Shown in pieces: positions 49,819 through 61,372 of a stretch of DNA of 64,000 nt. Numbering within the stretch: the stretch's first letter is position 1; each line of letters opens with the position of its first letter. Under the pieces are notes generated by a model. It ran no database searches, was not told where the DNA came from, and worked only from the letters and a program-made list of their open reading frames with translations. The translations under genes and the position numbers were made by a program. The stretch comes from Heteronotia binoei (taxonomy: Eukaryota): the NCBI RefSeq assembly GCF_032191835.1, contig NC_083231.1:97030001-97094000 (forward strand), given 5' to 3'.

Positions 49819-50143
49819 TGTAGTGTATGGCGTTCATAGAATGCCATCATTCAAGACAGCGCGACCATTTCGTTATAACGTACCATCGATAAAGCGTTAG
49901 TCCGCTAAAGCCGCGGAGGCAAAGGTGACAACCAGATGCCTCCGCGAAGAGCGCTGGTCATCCGCCAATCACAGTGAGTGGCGGGAAATACGGCTGGCCA
50001 GCATTGGACTGGCCAGCAGGGTGAATAGTTCCGGAGCTGTATATATGCGGGACCCGGCCCGCGTGTTCTCTCTCTTACCTCGTGTTTGTACCATGCAATA
50101 AACTATGTTGCCCGACTTGCGTCTCTCAGACTGGTACATAATA
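49819..50143 (+). repeat. 3' LTR (325 bp)
   Basis: Follows the PPT; ends GGTACATAATA followed by TSD CTGAC; differs from the 5' LTR only at 49836, 49842 and 50118. Confidence 0.96.
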
Positions 50144-52441
50144 CTGACTATGGTCACAGCAAACATCTTGAAACCCTTTCAGAAATCCCTTCCTTAAACT
50201 GGTCTGCAAAACTATGGCTATCTCAAGGACTTCAAATCAGGGTCCTTCTGCATATGTAGGCACCCCTTTGAGCTGAATACAGGTTAGACTAAGCAACATT
50301 ATCTGCTCAAGGCTCTAGCATGGCTCCACTTCTTCTCTGGCCCATTGGTTCTCCTTGGTCTGGTTATAAATGTTTCCACTGCTTCTACCAGTGCAACAGC
50401 TGATCCTTTGCCTAGCAGGATCTTCCTGCATTAACCTCCAGACCTTCCTATCTGTTCTTGCTTTGCATCTTGCACCAAGACTTAGGGCTGCCAACTTCAG
50501 CTTGGGAAATTCCTGGATATATGGGGGCAGTGCATGTAGAAGAAGCTCAGTGGGGATATAATGCCATTGAGTCTACTTTTCAAAACAGCCTTTTCCTCCA
50601 GAGGCACTGGTTTCTGCAGCCTGGAGATCAGCTGCAATTCTGGGAGATCTCCAGCCACCACCTTGAGGTTCAGCAATCCCAAAATAGTCACATGGACTGG
50701 AGTGTGGAAAGCAAGCTGTGAAGCTCCGTGCCAAAAACTGCAATTGAATTTTTCTATAGGAGACTCATCCAGTGGAGGTTGGTTAGTGTCAAGTCACGAG
50801 TTGGTTAGTGAATGAATACATACAGGTATGAGCCAATGTTAATTTAGTGCACCTGGAGGATCAGGGCTTTTTTAGGTTTACATTTGAAGGGTTGCAATGC
50901 TGACTAAGCATAAGGGAGCATAGAGAGTGCATGGTTCTGAGTGGTGAAGTTGCTCTGGATTTATATAAGGTGGGCATTGCATATCTGTATAGCCACAGAA
51001 CTTTGGGAGGTTGGTTACCTGTTTTTAATGTTTGCATGTCAAACTTTTAAAATAGAACTTGGAAAAAGCAGCCAGTGAAACAGGACCTGCATACAAGTTT
51101 TGTCTGCTGCTGCACTGGGATGAGAAATGTATTGTAAATATACTTCTGTAATTCACTGCACTGGGACCAGTGTAAACCAATTGTGAAGACTGTGGATTGT
51201 GTTCTATGTAAAGATTGCTGGATCCCGGTGCGCTTCATATTTGTGAGCAACTGGACTGGTGTATGAGAGAAAGCTACAAGTACTATGTCAGTGTTTTGAA
51301 ACTTTATTATAAAGAACTTTGCATTGCTTCCAACAGACTCAAAAGGTATTTTTGGCATGGAGCTTCGCAGCTTGCTTTCCACCCCGCCTGGAGGTTGGCA
51401 ACCCTAACAGACCTCCAGGCACTACTTGGAGGTTGGCAACCCTGAGACTCCTAGTGCAACACCAACAGTGAACAAGTCCTATTGTCCTTACAGTACAATA
51501 CCATGGGTCTTTATCCAACAGTTCTTGCAGCTTGCTAACAATACCCAACCGAGTTCCTACACATAGTACTCCATTTGGGGTTGGTTCGTCTCCCTGTGAC
51601 CCAGCGCTGACAGGGAACCAAGCTAAGCACGCAGTAAATAAAACAGAAGGCCACTTCTCAGGAACAGCTTGCACTCAGCATGAGAAGGATCTATGTTGGC
51701 AGCTTGCCTAGTGGTTGTGTTGTCTTGAACGAGACAGGGAAACAGAACAAGAGGGTAAGGGCCTGATGAACAAAAGCTGCTGTTAAGTGTATCAACAGAT
51801 AATAGAGGTCAATGGTGTTTGGTGCTGAGGGGGAGAAACACATTACTGACTGCCTCCTTAAGATTTTTCAGAGAAAGATCTCATCAGATGAATATGGCGT
51901 CAGTATCTTCAAGGCCAAATCAAAGGTTTTGATCTTTAAAGTTCTTACAGGTTGGGAATCAAGCAGGGATGCCAACCTCCACTTGAGGCCTGGAGATCTC
52001 CCAGAATCACAACTCTAGTTCCTTTGGACAAAATGGCTGCTTTAGAGGATGGACTCTGTGGAACTGAACCCACTGAATTCCCTCCCCAAGCTCCATCCTC
52101 CTCAAGCTCCACTTGCAAATCTCCAGGAATTTTCTAACCTGGAATTGGTTATAATCAGGGTACTTCAGAAACCTCATAGTTCTAGATGTACCTAACCCAT
52201 AAGCTTAAAGCTATAGATATATCTAACTCTTAAGCTCTTAAAACTGTCAGGAAAATCCTCACTTCTCCTATTATCGGATGGGTTTTCTCAATGTCAGTGC
52301 TAAGAATATGGGGTTCTCTTTCTCTTCTTATAGAGCTCTTCTCTGCCCCATCCTTCTTTAGGCATTTGCCTAAGACAGTTTCAGCATGGTACCAATCAGC
52401 TAGGGGCCTGTCCTTCCCTCCCTCATTTTAATTTCCACATG

Positions 52442-53943
52442 ACTAATAAGTCACCAGGTCCGGATGGCATACATCCAAGAGTTCTGAAAGAACTCAAAGT
52501 TGAACTTGTGGATCTCCTGACAAAAATATGTAATCTTTCATTGAAATCTGCCTTCATTCCTGAGGACTGGAAGGTAGCAAATGTCACCCCCATCTTTAAA
52601 AAGGGTTCCAGAGGAGATCTGGGTAACTACAGGCCAGTCAGTCTGACTTCAATACCGGGAAAGTTGGTAGAAACCATTATCAAGGACAGAATGAGTAGGC
52701 ACATTGATGAACACGAGTTATTGAGGAAGACTCAGCATGGGTTCTGTAAGGGAAGATCTTGCCTCACTAACCTATTACATTTCTTTGAGGGGGTGAACAA
52801 ACATGTGGACAAAGGAGACCCGATAGATATTGTCTACCTTGACTTCCAGAAAGCTTTTGATAAAGTTCCTCATCAAAGGCTCCTTAGTAAGTTCGAGAGT
52901 CATGGAGTAAAAGGACAGGTCCTCTTGTGGATCAAAAAATGGCTAATTAATAGGAAGCAGAGAGTGGGTATAAACGGGCAGTCTTCGCAGTGGAGGACGG
53001 TAAGCAGTGGAGTGCCAATGGGCTCAGTACTGGGTCCCATGCTCTTTAACTTGTTCATAAATGATTTGGAGTTGAGAGTAAGCAGTGAAGTGGCCAAGTT
53101 TGCAGATGACGCTAAATTGTTCAGGGTGGTAAGAACCAGAGAGGATTGTGAGGAACTCCAAAGGGATCTGTTGAGGCTGGGTGAGTGGGCGTCAACATGG
53201 CAGATGCGGTTCAATGTGGCCAAGTGCAAAGTAATGCACATTGGGGCCAAGAATCCCAGCTACAAATACAAGTTGATGGGGTGTGAACTGGCAGAGACTG
53301 ACCAAGAGAGAGATCTTGGGGTCGTGGTAGATAACTCACTGAAAATGTCAAGACAGTGTGCGATTGCAATAAAAAAGGCCAACACCATGTGGGGTATTAT
53401 TAGGAAGGGAATTGGAAATGAAATCAGCCAGTATCATAATGCCCCTGTATAAATTGATGGTGCGGTCTCATTTGGAATACTGTGTGCAATTCTGGTCACC
53501 ATACCTCAAAAAGGATATTATAGCATTGGAAAAAGTGCAGAAAAGGGCAACTATAATGATTACAGGTTTGGAACACTTTCCCTATGAAGAAAGATTAAAA
53601 CTCTTGGGGCTCTTTAGCTTGGAGAAACATCGACTGCAGGGTGACATGATAGAGGTTTACAAGATTATGCATGGGATGGAGAAGGTAGAGAAAGAAGTAC
53701 TTTTCTCCCTTTCTCACAATACAAGAACTCGTGGGCATTCAATGAAATTGCTGAGCAGTCGGGTTAGAACGGATAAAAGGAGGTACTTCTTCACCCAAAG
53801 GGTGATCAACATGTGGAATTCACTGCCACAGGAGGTGGTGGCGACTACAAGCATAGCCAGCTTCAAGAGGGGGTTAGATAAAAATATGGAGCAGAGGTCC
53901 ATCAGTGGCTATTAGCCACAGTGTGTATATTTTATCGTGTGTG

Positions 53944-54005
<62 letters not shown>

Positions 54006-54082
54006 GGCCACTGTGTGATACAGAGTGTCGGACTGGATGGGCCATTGGCCTGATCCAACATGGCTTCTCTTATGTTCTTATG
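52442..54082 (+). mobile_element. 5'-truncated CR1 LINE (ORF2 RT to 3' end), young
   Basis: KSPGPDGIHPRVLKEL, NYRPVSLTS, YLDFQKAFD, GSVLGP, FADD, DLGV motifs; one frameshift near 53420; ORF2 stop at 53915; 3' terminus ...GATCCAACATGGCTTCTCTTATGTTCTTATG. Confidence 0.95.
53933..54003. repeat. Compound (GT)n(AT)n microsatellite inside the CR1 3' UTR
   Basis: Visible GT run followed by about 22 AT units. Confidence 0.95.
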
Positions 54083-55405
54083 TGGAAAGGTATGATTAAT
54101 TTGAATAAATATCAGGAGTACTGTTCTGATATTTCTGGAATGACTTCCCAGAATAACAAGATGCCCAATATTTTCTATAAACAGTACTCATGCCCTTCCC
54201 GATTTTCCAACATAGTACTGAAATGATTTTTATATGCATACTCCTTCATCCAATATAAGCTGATTCCCTTAGAAACCTGCTTATCATCCCTAAATAATGA
54301 TCACATTAGTTGCTATGTCCAGGTTTGACATGAGCATTGCATTTTGCATGAATTCAGTCCAAGGGAGGCAAAATATGCTGTGGATCCAATGGGAACTGAG
54401 CAGTGAATACATTATGCTTATTTTGTTTAATTTATTTATGGTAGTAAACATTTAATGCAGAATTAATTACAGGAGGATGGTTTATTAATTACAGATTAGA
54501 GAGCACACACTCAATTCGCACATCTACATAACGTAAACGTTATTGTGCCATCAATAAAACATTTTTTGTTGATCGTATAGCTCAGTTATTATTCATAGTT
54601 ATCAACATTTCTCCCTAAGTGCTGTGCATTATTTATGCAATATGTTAGTCATTAAGGCCATGTCATAATTTCCCAAGAATGGTTTGCCTTGCTTATGGGC
54701 TGGCTGCTTAGCATTAGTCAATGTAATTGGGGAGTGCAATCCCACCCCAGGCCAAATCCCACTCCCAGGAGTTTGTGCTGCAAGGATGGCACAGTGGACT
54801 CAATAGGCACATTTCTCTGATGCAGAGAACCAACCATATTGATGTCCACTGTGCCAAAGGGGCACAATATTACACAAGATCATTGGATGCAGGTCTGAAT
54901 GAAGGGATCATATTGCCCTTGCTGAAAATAGATTAATTTTGTCCCACAGTATTTCCTGCTCTGGAGGTTTCTGAAAACTAGTGGGCACAGACAGAGGCCA
55001 TTGTCACCCTGAAGTTTCCTGGCCCTGGAGGCAGTGTTTGGTGTCACTGGCTCACTCTCTGCTTTCCCTTTCCCCTCTTCTTGCTTGTAAGGTAGATCAT
55101 GGCAGTGTGAACCATTGTCTCAGTGGGAAACAACAGAAAGATGTAGCTCCTTAGCTTTCATCATGCACTTTTACAGTTAGTGACACCAGATCTGGATTGT
55201 GTGAAATGTCTACAGAAAGAGCATAGGCTAACACAGCACTTGCTGCAAGAAATTGGCAAAGCAGACTACAGAGATCATATATCAGTTATCCTGATCTGAA
55301 ACTGATTTCTGTTAAAAAAAGTCTTTAAATTGGATGAAAAGTCAAAGTCAAAGTTGGATTTCTTAAAAAGAACAAAGGGAGGACAAATGTAAATTTGCCA
55401 ATTAG

Positions 55406-55741
55406 TAGGGTTGCTAGGTTCCCTCACTGGTTCAGTGGGAGAATCTGGGAGGTTTTCTGGGTTGGGCGGAGATGTTACATGGGGACACTCGGGTTTCGGT
55501 GGCAAACATTATGGTTAAATTGGGCTTAAACCATAGAGTTTGCTCCAAAACCAGAGTGTCCTCCATGCGACGTTCCCATCACAATGATGTCATTTCCAGG
55601 CGACAGCTTCATGTTGGGGATGTTGTGCAGCGATGTCTCTGCTTAGGGGAGGAGTTTCCCCTCCAGCCAGCTGTTCCATGGTGGGAAGAAGCCCCCAAAA
55701 TCAGAGGATCCCCCACTGGAACTTGGGGGCTGGCAACCCTA
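55406..55741. mobile_element. hAT MITE (TAGGGTTGC family)
   Basis: TAGGGTTGC / GCAACCCTA; perfect TSD CCAATTAG. Further relatives near 23956-24446, 25640-25950, 27430-27605, 34400-34870, 36295-36497, 50482-50665 and 51950-52145. Confidence 0.85.
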
Positions 55742-57684
55742 CCAATTAGTTGATTCAATTCAGACTTTGATTGTTTGAGTTAGTTCTTTTTAAGCTTAAG
55801 AATGACGTAGCGGCTACCAATCATGTTTGACTTATAGACAAACTTCGACAGGGAAAAAACATATATCAGTGTTGGTTCCTGTGTTTGAGGGATTTTGAAT
55901 ATGTTCTGTCATCACCCTGCTCTCTCCCCCTTCAACTGTTCCCTGTTGGCTGCTGACTCACTTCCATTCTTTTGTTATCCTAAGCCAGGGGTAGCAAACA
56001 TATGGCCCACAGACCAGCTCCATCCCCTGCAGGGCTCATATCCATCCCATGAGCAACTGGCTCCCTCCTGCTTTCTTCTCTGGGGCTGCTGCTGCATTGC
56101 AGCTCACCTTTGTTGCTTCCTGCCTCCTTCCTGCTTCTGTCCAAGCCCAACCTCTCTTCTCTTCATTGGCAGAGTGGTCCCTCCTTTGGGAGAAAGGGGG
56201 GTGGGATGCAAAAAGTGAGAGAGAGCCCCAGAGAGAGAAAGCAAAGTCTGAGTCCTGTGGCTCCTTTAAGACCAGCAACATTTTATTTCAGGTATAAGCT
56301 TTTGTACACGTCTTTAGAGGGAGGGTGTGGGAAGGTAGATAGAGGGATTCTTTTGAGAAGCACAATTTTCATTGAGATCACCATGCTCTGCTGTTTTCTT
56401 TTGAGACTTGATATCTGTCTCTCTCTCTCTCTCTTTCACACACATACACAGGTATATGTGTGTTAAAAAGAAGGGGCATGTTGGGATAAGGGGAAAGGAG
56501 AATTAAAAGGAAATTATTTGGCTTATTCTGAAAAGTCTTTTTAATTAGATTTCTCTATTCCTATCTGGGATTGTATTTTTTTTCCCCCAAAAGACCCTGA
56601 TCAGGAATTAGAACACTGGCTTCTATTGTTTAATAATGGAAGTAGATGGCTAAGTATTTAAAAATACATTCATGGTTCCATATGTTCCAGTTCAAAACAT
56701 CTCCCTTTCTCCCTTCACCCCTCATTGGCTGCCTTTGTTCTCTCCCCCTTTGCTTTTTCAACTGTCTCATTACCATAACTAGCACCTGTATAGATTTTGC
56801 TCAGTCCGAAATCAACACTTTATTTCACTTAGAAAGATTTCCCTTTCCAGTTTAGGCAGATGAAGAAAAAGAAAGAAACCTAGCAGTATAGCTTGCAAGC
56901 TTTATTAGTGGAAAGGAGCTAGAGTTCAGTAGCACCTTAAAAATTGTGGCAGGGCATGAACTATCGTGAGTCAGTTCATTGGTCCTTATATCTTGGAGAG
57001 TGGTGTGATATCAAATGACAATAGCAGGTGTTGGTAACAAGACAGGAAACATAGGTCTCAGTTCAGCCCTGGAGGATGCATTGAGCTTCATTATCAGTTG
57101 CAATTCAGCAGTCTCTTTTTATAATCTCATTGAATTCCTTTGTAAGAAAACTGCTATTCTTAGGTCAGGAATGTCCTGGAAAGTTAAATGCTCCCCCATT
57201 GGTTTTTGAATGTTGTGGTTTCTAATGTTAGATATATCCATTTATTCTTTGCATCCTTCTGAACTGAATCCTCCTGGACCAAACTGAGACCTAGGTTTTC
57301 TGTCTCATTACCAGTGCTGGTAATTCTATACCTATCACCCCTCTGCATATCACACATAATCCAATCAAGCCTCCTGCTGTCATTCACCTGCTCCGCCATT
57401 CAGAATCTGAAATCGTTTTTATAAAGTTTATGTCTCCGGTACTTCGTGTTATGTTTCATGGTACACATGGTCCAACTCAACAAAGTGACATTTATATTAG
57501 ATCCGGCCCTCATAACAAATGAGTTTGACACTTCTGTCCTAAAGACATAGAAAGAGTGGCCAGTATTTACTTGGTGGTGGTGGTGGTGGAAAGTGCCATC
57601 AAGCCACAGCTAAATTATGGTGAACCTGTAGGCTTTTCAAGGCAAGAGACATTCAGACATGGTTTTCAAGGCAAGAGACATTCA

Positions 57685-57886
57685 GAGAGCCAGTTTGGTG
57701 TAGTGGTTAAGTGAGCGGACTCTTATCTGGGAGAAATGATTCTCCACTCCTCCACCTGCACCTGCTGAAATGGCCTTGAGTCAGCCATAGCTCTTGCAAG
57801 AGTTGCCCTTGAAAGGGCAGCTTCTGGGAGAACTCTCTTAATCCCATGCACCTCACAGGGTGTCTGTTGTGGGGGAAGAAGATAAA
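57685..57886 (+). mobile_element. Squam3-type SINE nested in a 5S-derived SINE
   Basis: GAGAGCCAGTTTGGTGTAGTGG head interrupts the minus-strand 5S SINE at 57570-58030. Confidence 0.8.
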
Positions 57887-58274
57887 ACCTATGGTCTTCT
57901 TCTTTGTCATTGCCTGCCTCCATGTCATGATCCTGGTATTCTTTGGAGGTCTCTCATTCAAATATTAGTTAGTGACAACCCTTCTTAGCTTCCAAGATCT
58001 GATGAGATTAGATTAGCCTGGGCTATCCAGCTTGGGGAGGGCGGAGGGTAATTTAAATATTTAATTAATTATTGTAAATTAGAAGATAGATAAAAAATGA
58101 TAGCTGTAAAATAATACATAACAAGTGTAAAAGAGCACCCTAATATTTGGATAGGAAAGCCAAACTTATATTTGGGGGAAAGAACAAAGGGAAAGATGAA
58201 CACAAAACCAACAACAAAAAAATGACAGCTTCAAGCATTCCCAATTTTAAGACAATAGGTAGTAACAGCCTTAC

Positions 58275-58472
58275 CTTAAACACTAATTCTCCTATCAATC
58301 CATTCCAACTCCCATTCTCCTGGGGGCGTCCATATTTGTGATCTGGTGCTACATATATTTCATATGTGAAGCCAAGGTATGTGGATAAGGACTCTAAGAC
58401 ATCAATCGAAAAGCCTTGGTATTTCTTCGGTTTTCCCAAAACATTTTCTGAAACCATCACAAATGGCTCTTC
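58275..58472 (-). CDS. GRID2: GRID2 (GluD2) internal coding exon, S1 ligand-binding segment (equivalent to human exon 10)
   Basis: Minus strand reads polypyrimidine tract TTTTTTTCTTTCCTGTGTAG, then [66 protein letters not shown], then donor GTAAGG. 198 bp, phase 0/0; closely matches GluD2 as recalled. Confidence 0.97.
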
Positions 58473-59030
58473 CTACACAGGAAAGAAAAAAAACCACACA
58501 CCTGGATTTGTAATAAAAAGATTCATAATGGTCTGAAATTGCACATTTATAATGGTCTGAAATTGAATCTAAAGTCTTTAAAACCATGTTTTCTGCATCA
58601 TGCTTTATCCCAGCTCCTTTCCCAGCTGCCATGGATTTACTCTAAATTTTGGTCAATGCAATCTGGCAACCCTAAGTTACTATTTTGCTGTCACATGGCG
58701 AATGAACAGCTGCCATATTCTGACAGGTAGAAAAATTTAAAAGAGCTCAGCATCAGTTGACAGAACAAGCACTCTCCATCTTCTAACCTACAGTATTCCA
58801 TCAGTTCCATATGAGCAACAGTGTACTACCCTGTGTAATATGGCATAAGTTCTTGTACATCACAGCCAACTTCAACGGGTGCATAACTTGCTTTGCAAAT
58901 TTGCTAAGACAATCAATAGATGGACAGACAGACAGACAGACAGACAAGGGATCTGTGCAAGTAGTTTTAAATAGTAATCCAAAGTCAATATGAGAACTAC
59001 ACTTTGCAATCTGATCATAGTGAGGTATAT

Positions 59031-59294
59031 GACCAATTTCACACTCACCTTACGCCACTCTCATGTTCATCTTCTCAGTGTGGCTTCCTTCTGATTTCCC
59101 ACTATCTGCCCCGGGGCTGCAGCAAGGATCGGCGTTTTCGTGAAGCAAACATAAACCGCTAAAAACCAGTTTCTGTTTGCTGCATGAAAATGCTGATCCT
59201 TGCTGCAGCCTTGGGGCAGTTAGTGGGAAATCGGAAGCAAGCCGCATTGAGAAGATGAATGTGAGAGTGGCGTAAGGTGAGTGCGAAATCAGTC
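59031..59294. mobile_element. 264-bp fold-back MITE, possibly PIF/Harbinger
   Basis: Arms of about 125 bp are reverse complements around a 12-nt spacer; TAT on both sides (3-bp TSD); half copy at about 60218-60288. Confidence 0.7.
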
Positions 59295-59413
59295 TATGTC
59301 ATTCCTTGAAGGCAAGTGACTTACAATGCCTTTCAGAGCAGTTCTACTCAGAATCTTACTCAAGTCTACTTGGTGGGGCTTACTCCCAGGAAAGTGTCCT
59401 TAGGACTGCACTC

Positions 59414-59716
59414 GGGTGGGTGTTGGTCTGAAGCAGCAGAACAAAGTTCGAGTCCAGTGGTACCTTGAAGACCAACAAGGTTTTATTCAAGGTATAAGCT
59501 TTTGTGTGCAAACACACTTCTTCAGATACAAGCTTGTTATTCCAGTTTGGTCCTTGTAACTTTTGAACACTGTTTATTATGCTTATGCTAATTTGCTGCT
59601 CACCCTCCACCTATATCTGGACTTATAACTTCCATTTCACTGTACCTGAAGAAGGGTGCATGAACACAAAAGCAAACGTTGGTTTTAAAGGTGGCACTGG
59701 ATTAGAACTTTGTTCT
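59414..59716. mobile_element. Penelope-like inverted tail pair
   Basis: AGAACAAAGTTCGAGTCCAGTGGTACCTTGAAGACCAAC ... GTTGGTTTTAAAGGTGGCACTGGATTAGAACTTTGTTCT. Confidence 0.65.
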
Positions 59717-61170
59717 TAAGATTGCACTGTTAGTCCAGCAAGTGGGATCCATGCACAGAAGATGGATTTTGGATATGCATCTGCATTAAAAACACTAATC
59801 ATTTTTTGGTACAAATGAAGACAGAACATAAGACAGGGGTCAGGAACCTCTGTCTTGAGGGCTGTATGCAGCCCTCGAGGTCACTTGATGTTGCCCTTGG
59901 GAATTGCTGGGCCAAACCAAGCCATGTGGCAGCCTCTCTGGGGCCTGGCTGGCCAGACAGGATCATGGGGCCCAGCTACACTGTGCAGCAGCTTCCCCAG
60001 AGCCAGTCAGAGATCACAGGGCCCAGATGTACTGTGCGGCAGCCTCCCTGGGGCCTGGCTGGCTGGCCAGAATTGCTGCAGGGCCTGGAAAAATTACTGC
60101 CACAGTTCAGTTTGCACTTGATTATCCTAGATGGTGTGGCCTAATATGCTAATGAGTGTGTGACCTACTATGCTAATATTAGGGGATGTGGTCTAATATG
60201 CCACTGAGTTCCTGCTGGGAAATAGGAAGAAAGCAGCGCTGAGAAGACGAATGTGAGAGTGGCATAAGATGAGTGCGAAATCAGTCTCAGATTCTACCAT
60301 GACCTCTCTCTCTCTCTCTCTCGGCATGACCAAATTCTGGGTAAAACCCTGATTGATTCTATAACACATGTTAGATAAGGAGATTTAATATCAAACCTGA
60401 AATAGCCACACATGGATATTATTCAACAAATTAATTATCTGAGATAGTCACCCAACAGTGTTCATTTTCAAAAAAATGAGAATTAAGTGAAAGGGAGATT
60501 CGTAAATCAAAGGCTTTACTTTTTTTAAAAAACCACAGATTGGACCAAAACAGCATTTAAAAGAGCTAAGAAATTAAGCTGATGAAAACCTGTCTGCTTA
60601 TTAAATTTAAACAAATTGTGAATTCTTAGCACTGACTATTAAGGTGTCAATTTTCTCATGTAATAAATCTGATCTGCTGGAACAAGTATGGACTAATGCA
60701 CTTACACACACACACACACACACACACAGAGTCCTGTACTTTATCATAAGTACATTTTACATAATGTTCCCAGCTCTGTTTAGAACACTGGGTGAAGGGT
60801 GTATTTCAAGAGCTGGTAATTTTCATATTAGGAAGGATTTATTCACATCACTTGTTGGGTTATTAGATAATAGTGGCTCATAATTTAGAATTTGCATTCA
60901 GTCAGTTAAAAAGTGACTGCTAATTGCTCATTTGATTTACAAGACTGTTTAAAGCGTACTGATTTTGCAGCTCTATCTCAGCTTTTATTACGCCATGTAA
61001 AAAGCTGACAGGTGAGGAAGTCAGGAATGGCTTCCAGAGAACTGAGCAAAAGGCTTCTACCAATCCAAAAGGTATCCAGGATATTCTCAATTCTACTAAG
61101 CATGAAAATATGACCACAACGCAATCTTTTTTCTGGTCTGCGGCTGGACTGGGGCGTGTTCCTGTACACG

Positions 61171-61372
61171 CTCTGACCTGGATAGCCCAGGATAGCCTGA
61201 TCTCATCAGATCTTGGAAGCTATGCAGGGTTGGCCCTAGCTAGTGTTTGGATTGGAGATCAGCAAAGATTACCAGGGTCATGACATGGAGGTAGGCAATG
61301 ACAAACCACCTCTGAACATCTCTTGCCCTGAAAACCCTACACCAGAAGTCAGATGTGATTCCACAGCAAAAT
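61171..61372 (+). mobile_element. 5S rRNA-derived SINE with Sauria/Bov-B-like tail
   Basis: CCTGATCTCATCAGATCTTGGAAGCTATGCAGGG matches 5S rRNA, followed by GGCAATGACAAACCACC...TTGCCCTGAAAACCCTA. Confidence 0.8.

Larger units (their letters stand above)
45371..50143 (+). mobile_element. Full-length Ty3/Gypsy LTR retrotransposon, Mag-like clade, recent insertion
   Basis: Two 325-bp LTRs (322/325 identical), TSD CTGAC at 45366-45370 and 50144-50148, PBS, PPT, domain order gag-PR-RT-RH-IN, no env or chromodomain. Much more GC- and CpG-rich than the flanks. Confidence 0.97.
30754..58274 (-). other. GRID2: GRID2 intron between the two exons (27.5 kb, GT-AG)
   Basis: Canonical GT at 58274-58273 and AG at 30755-30754; the joined peptide ...LVFK|RADIG... 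is continuous GluD2. Confidence 0.93.

Noticed and set aside
61190-61290. 5S rRNA gene
   Set aside because: Diverged, 5'-altered and fused to a Sauria/Bov-B-like tail; it is a SINE head.
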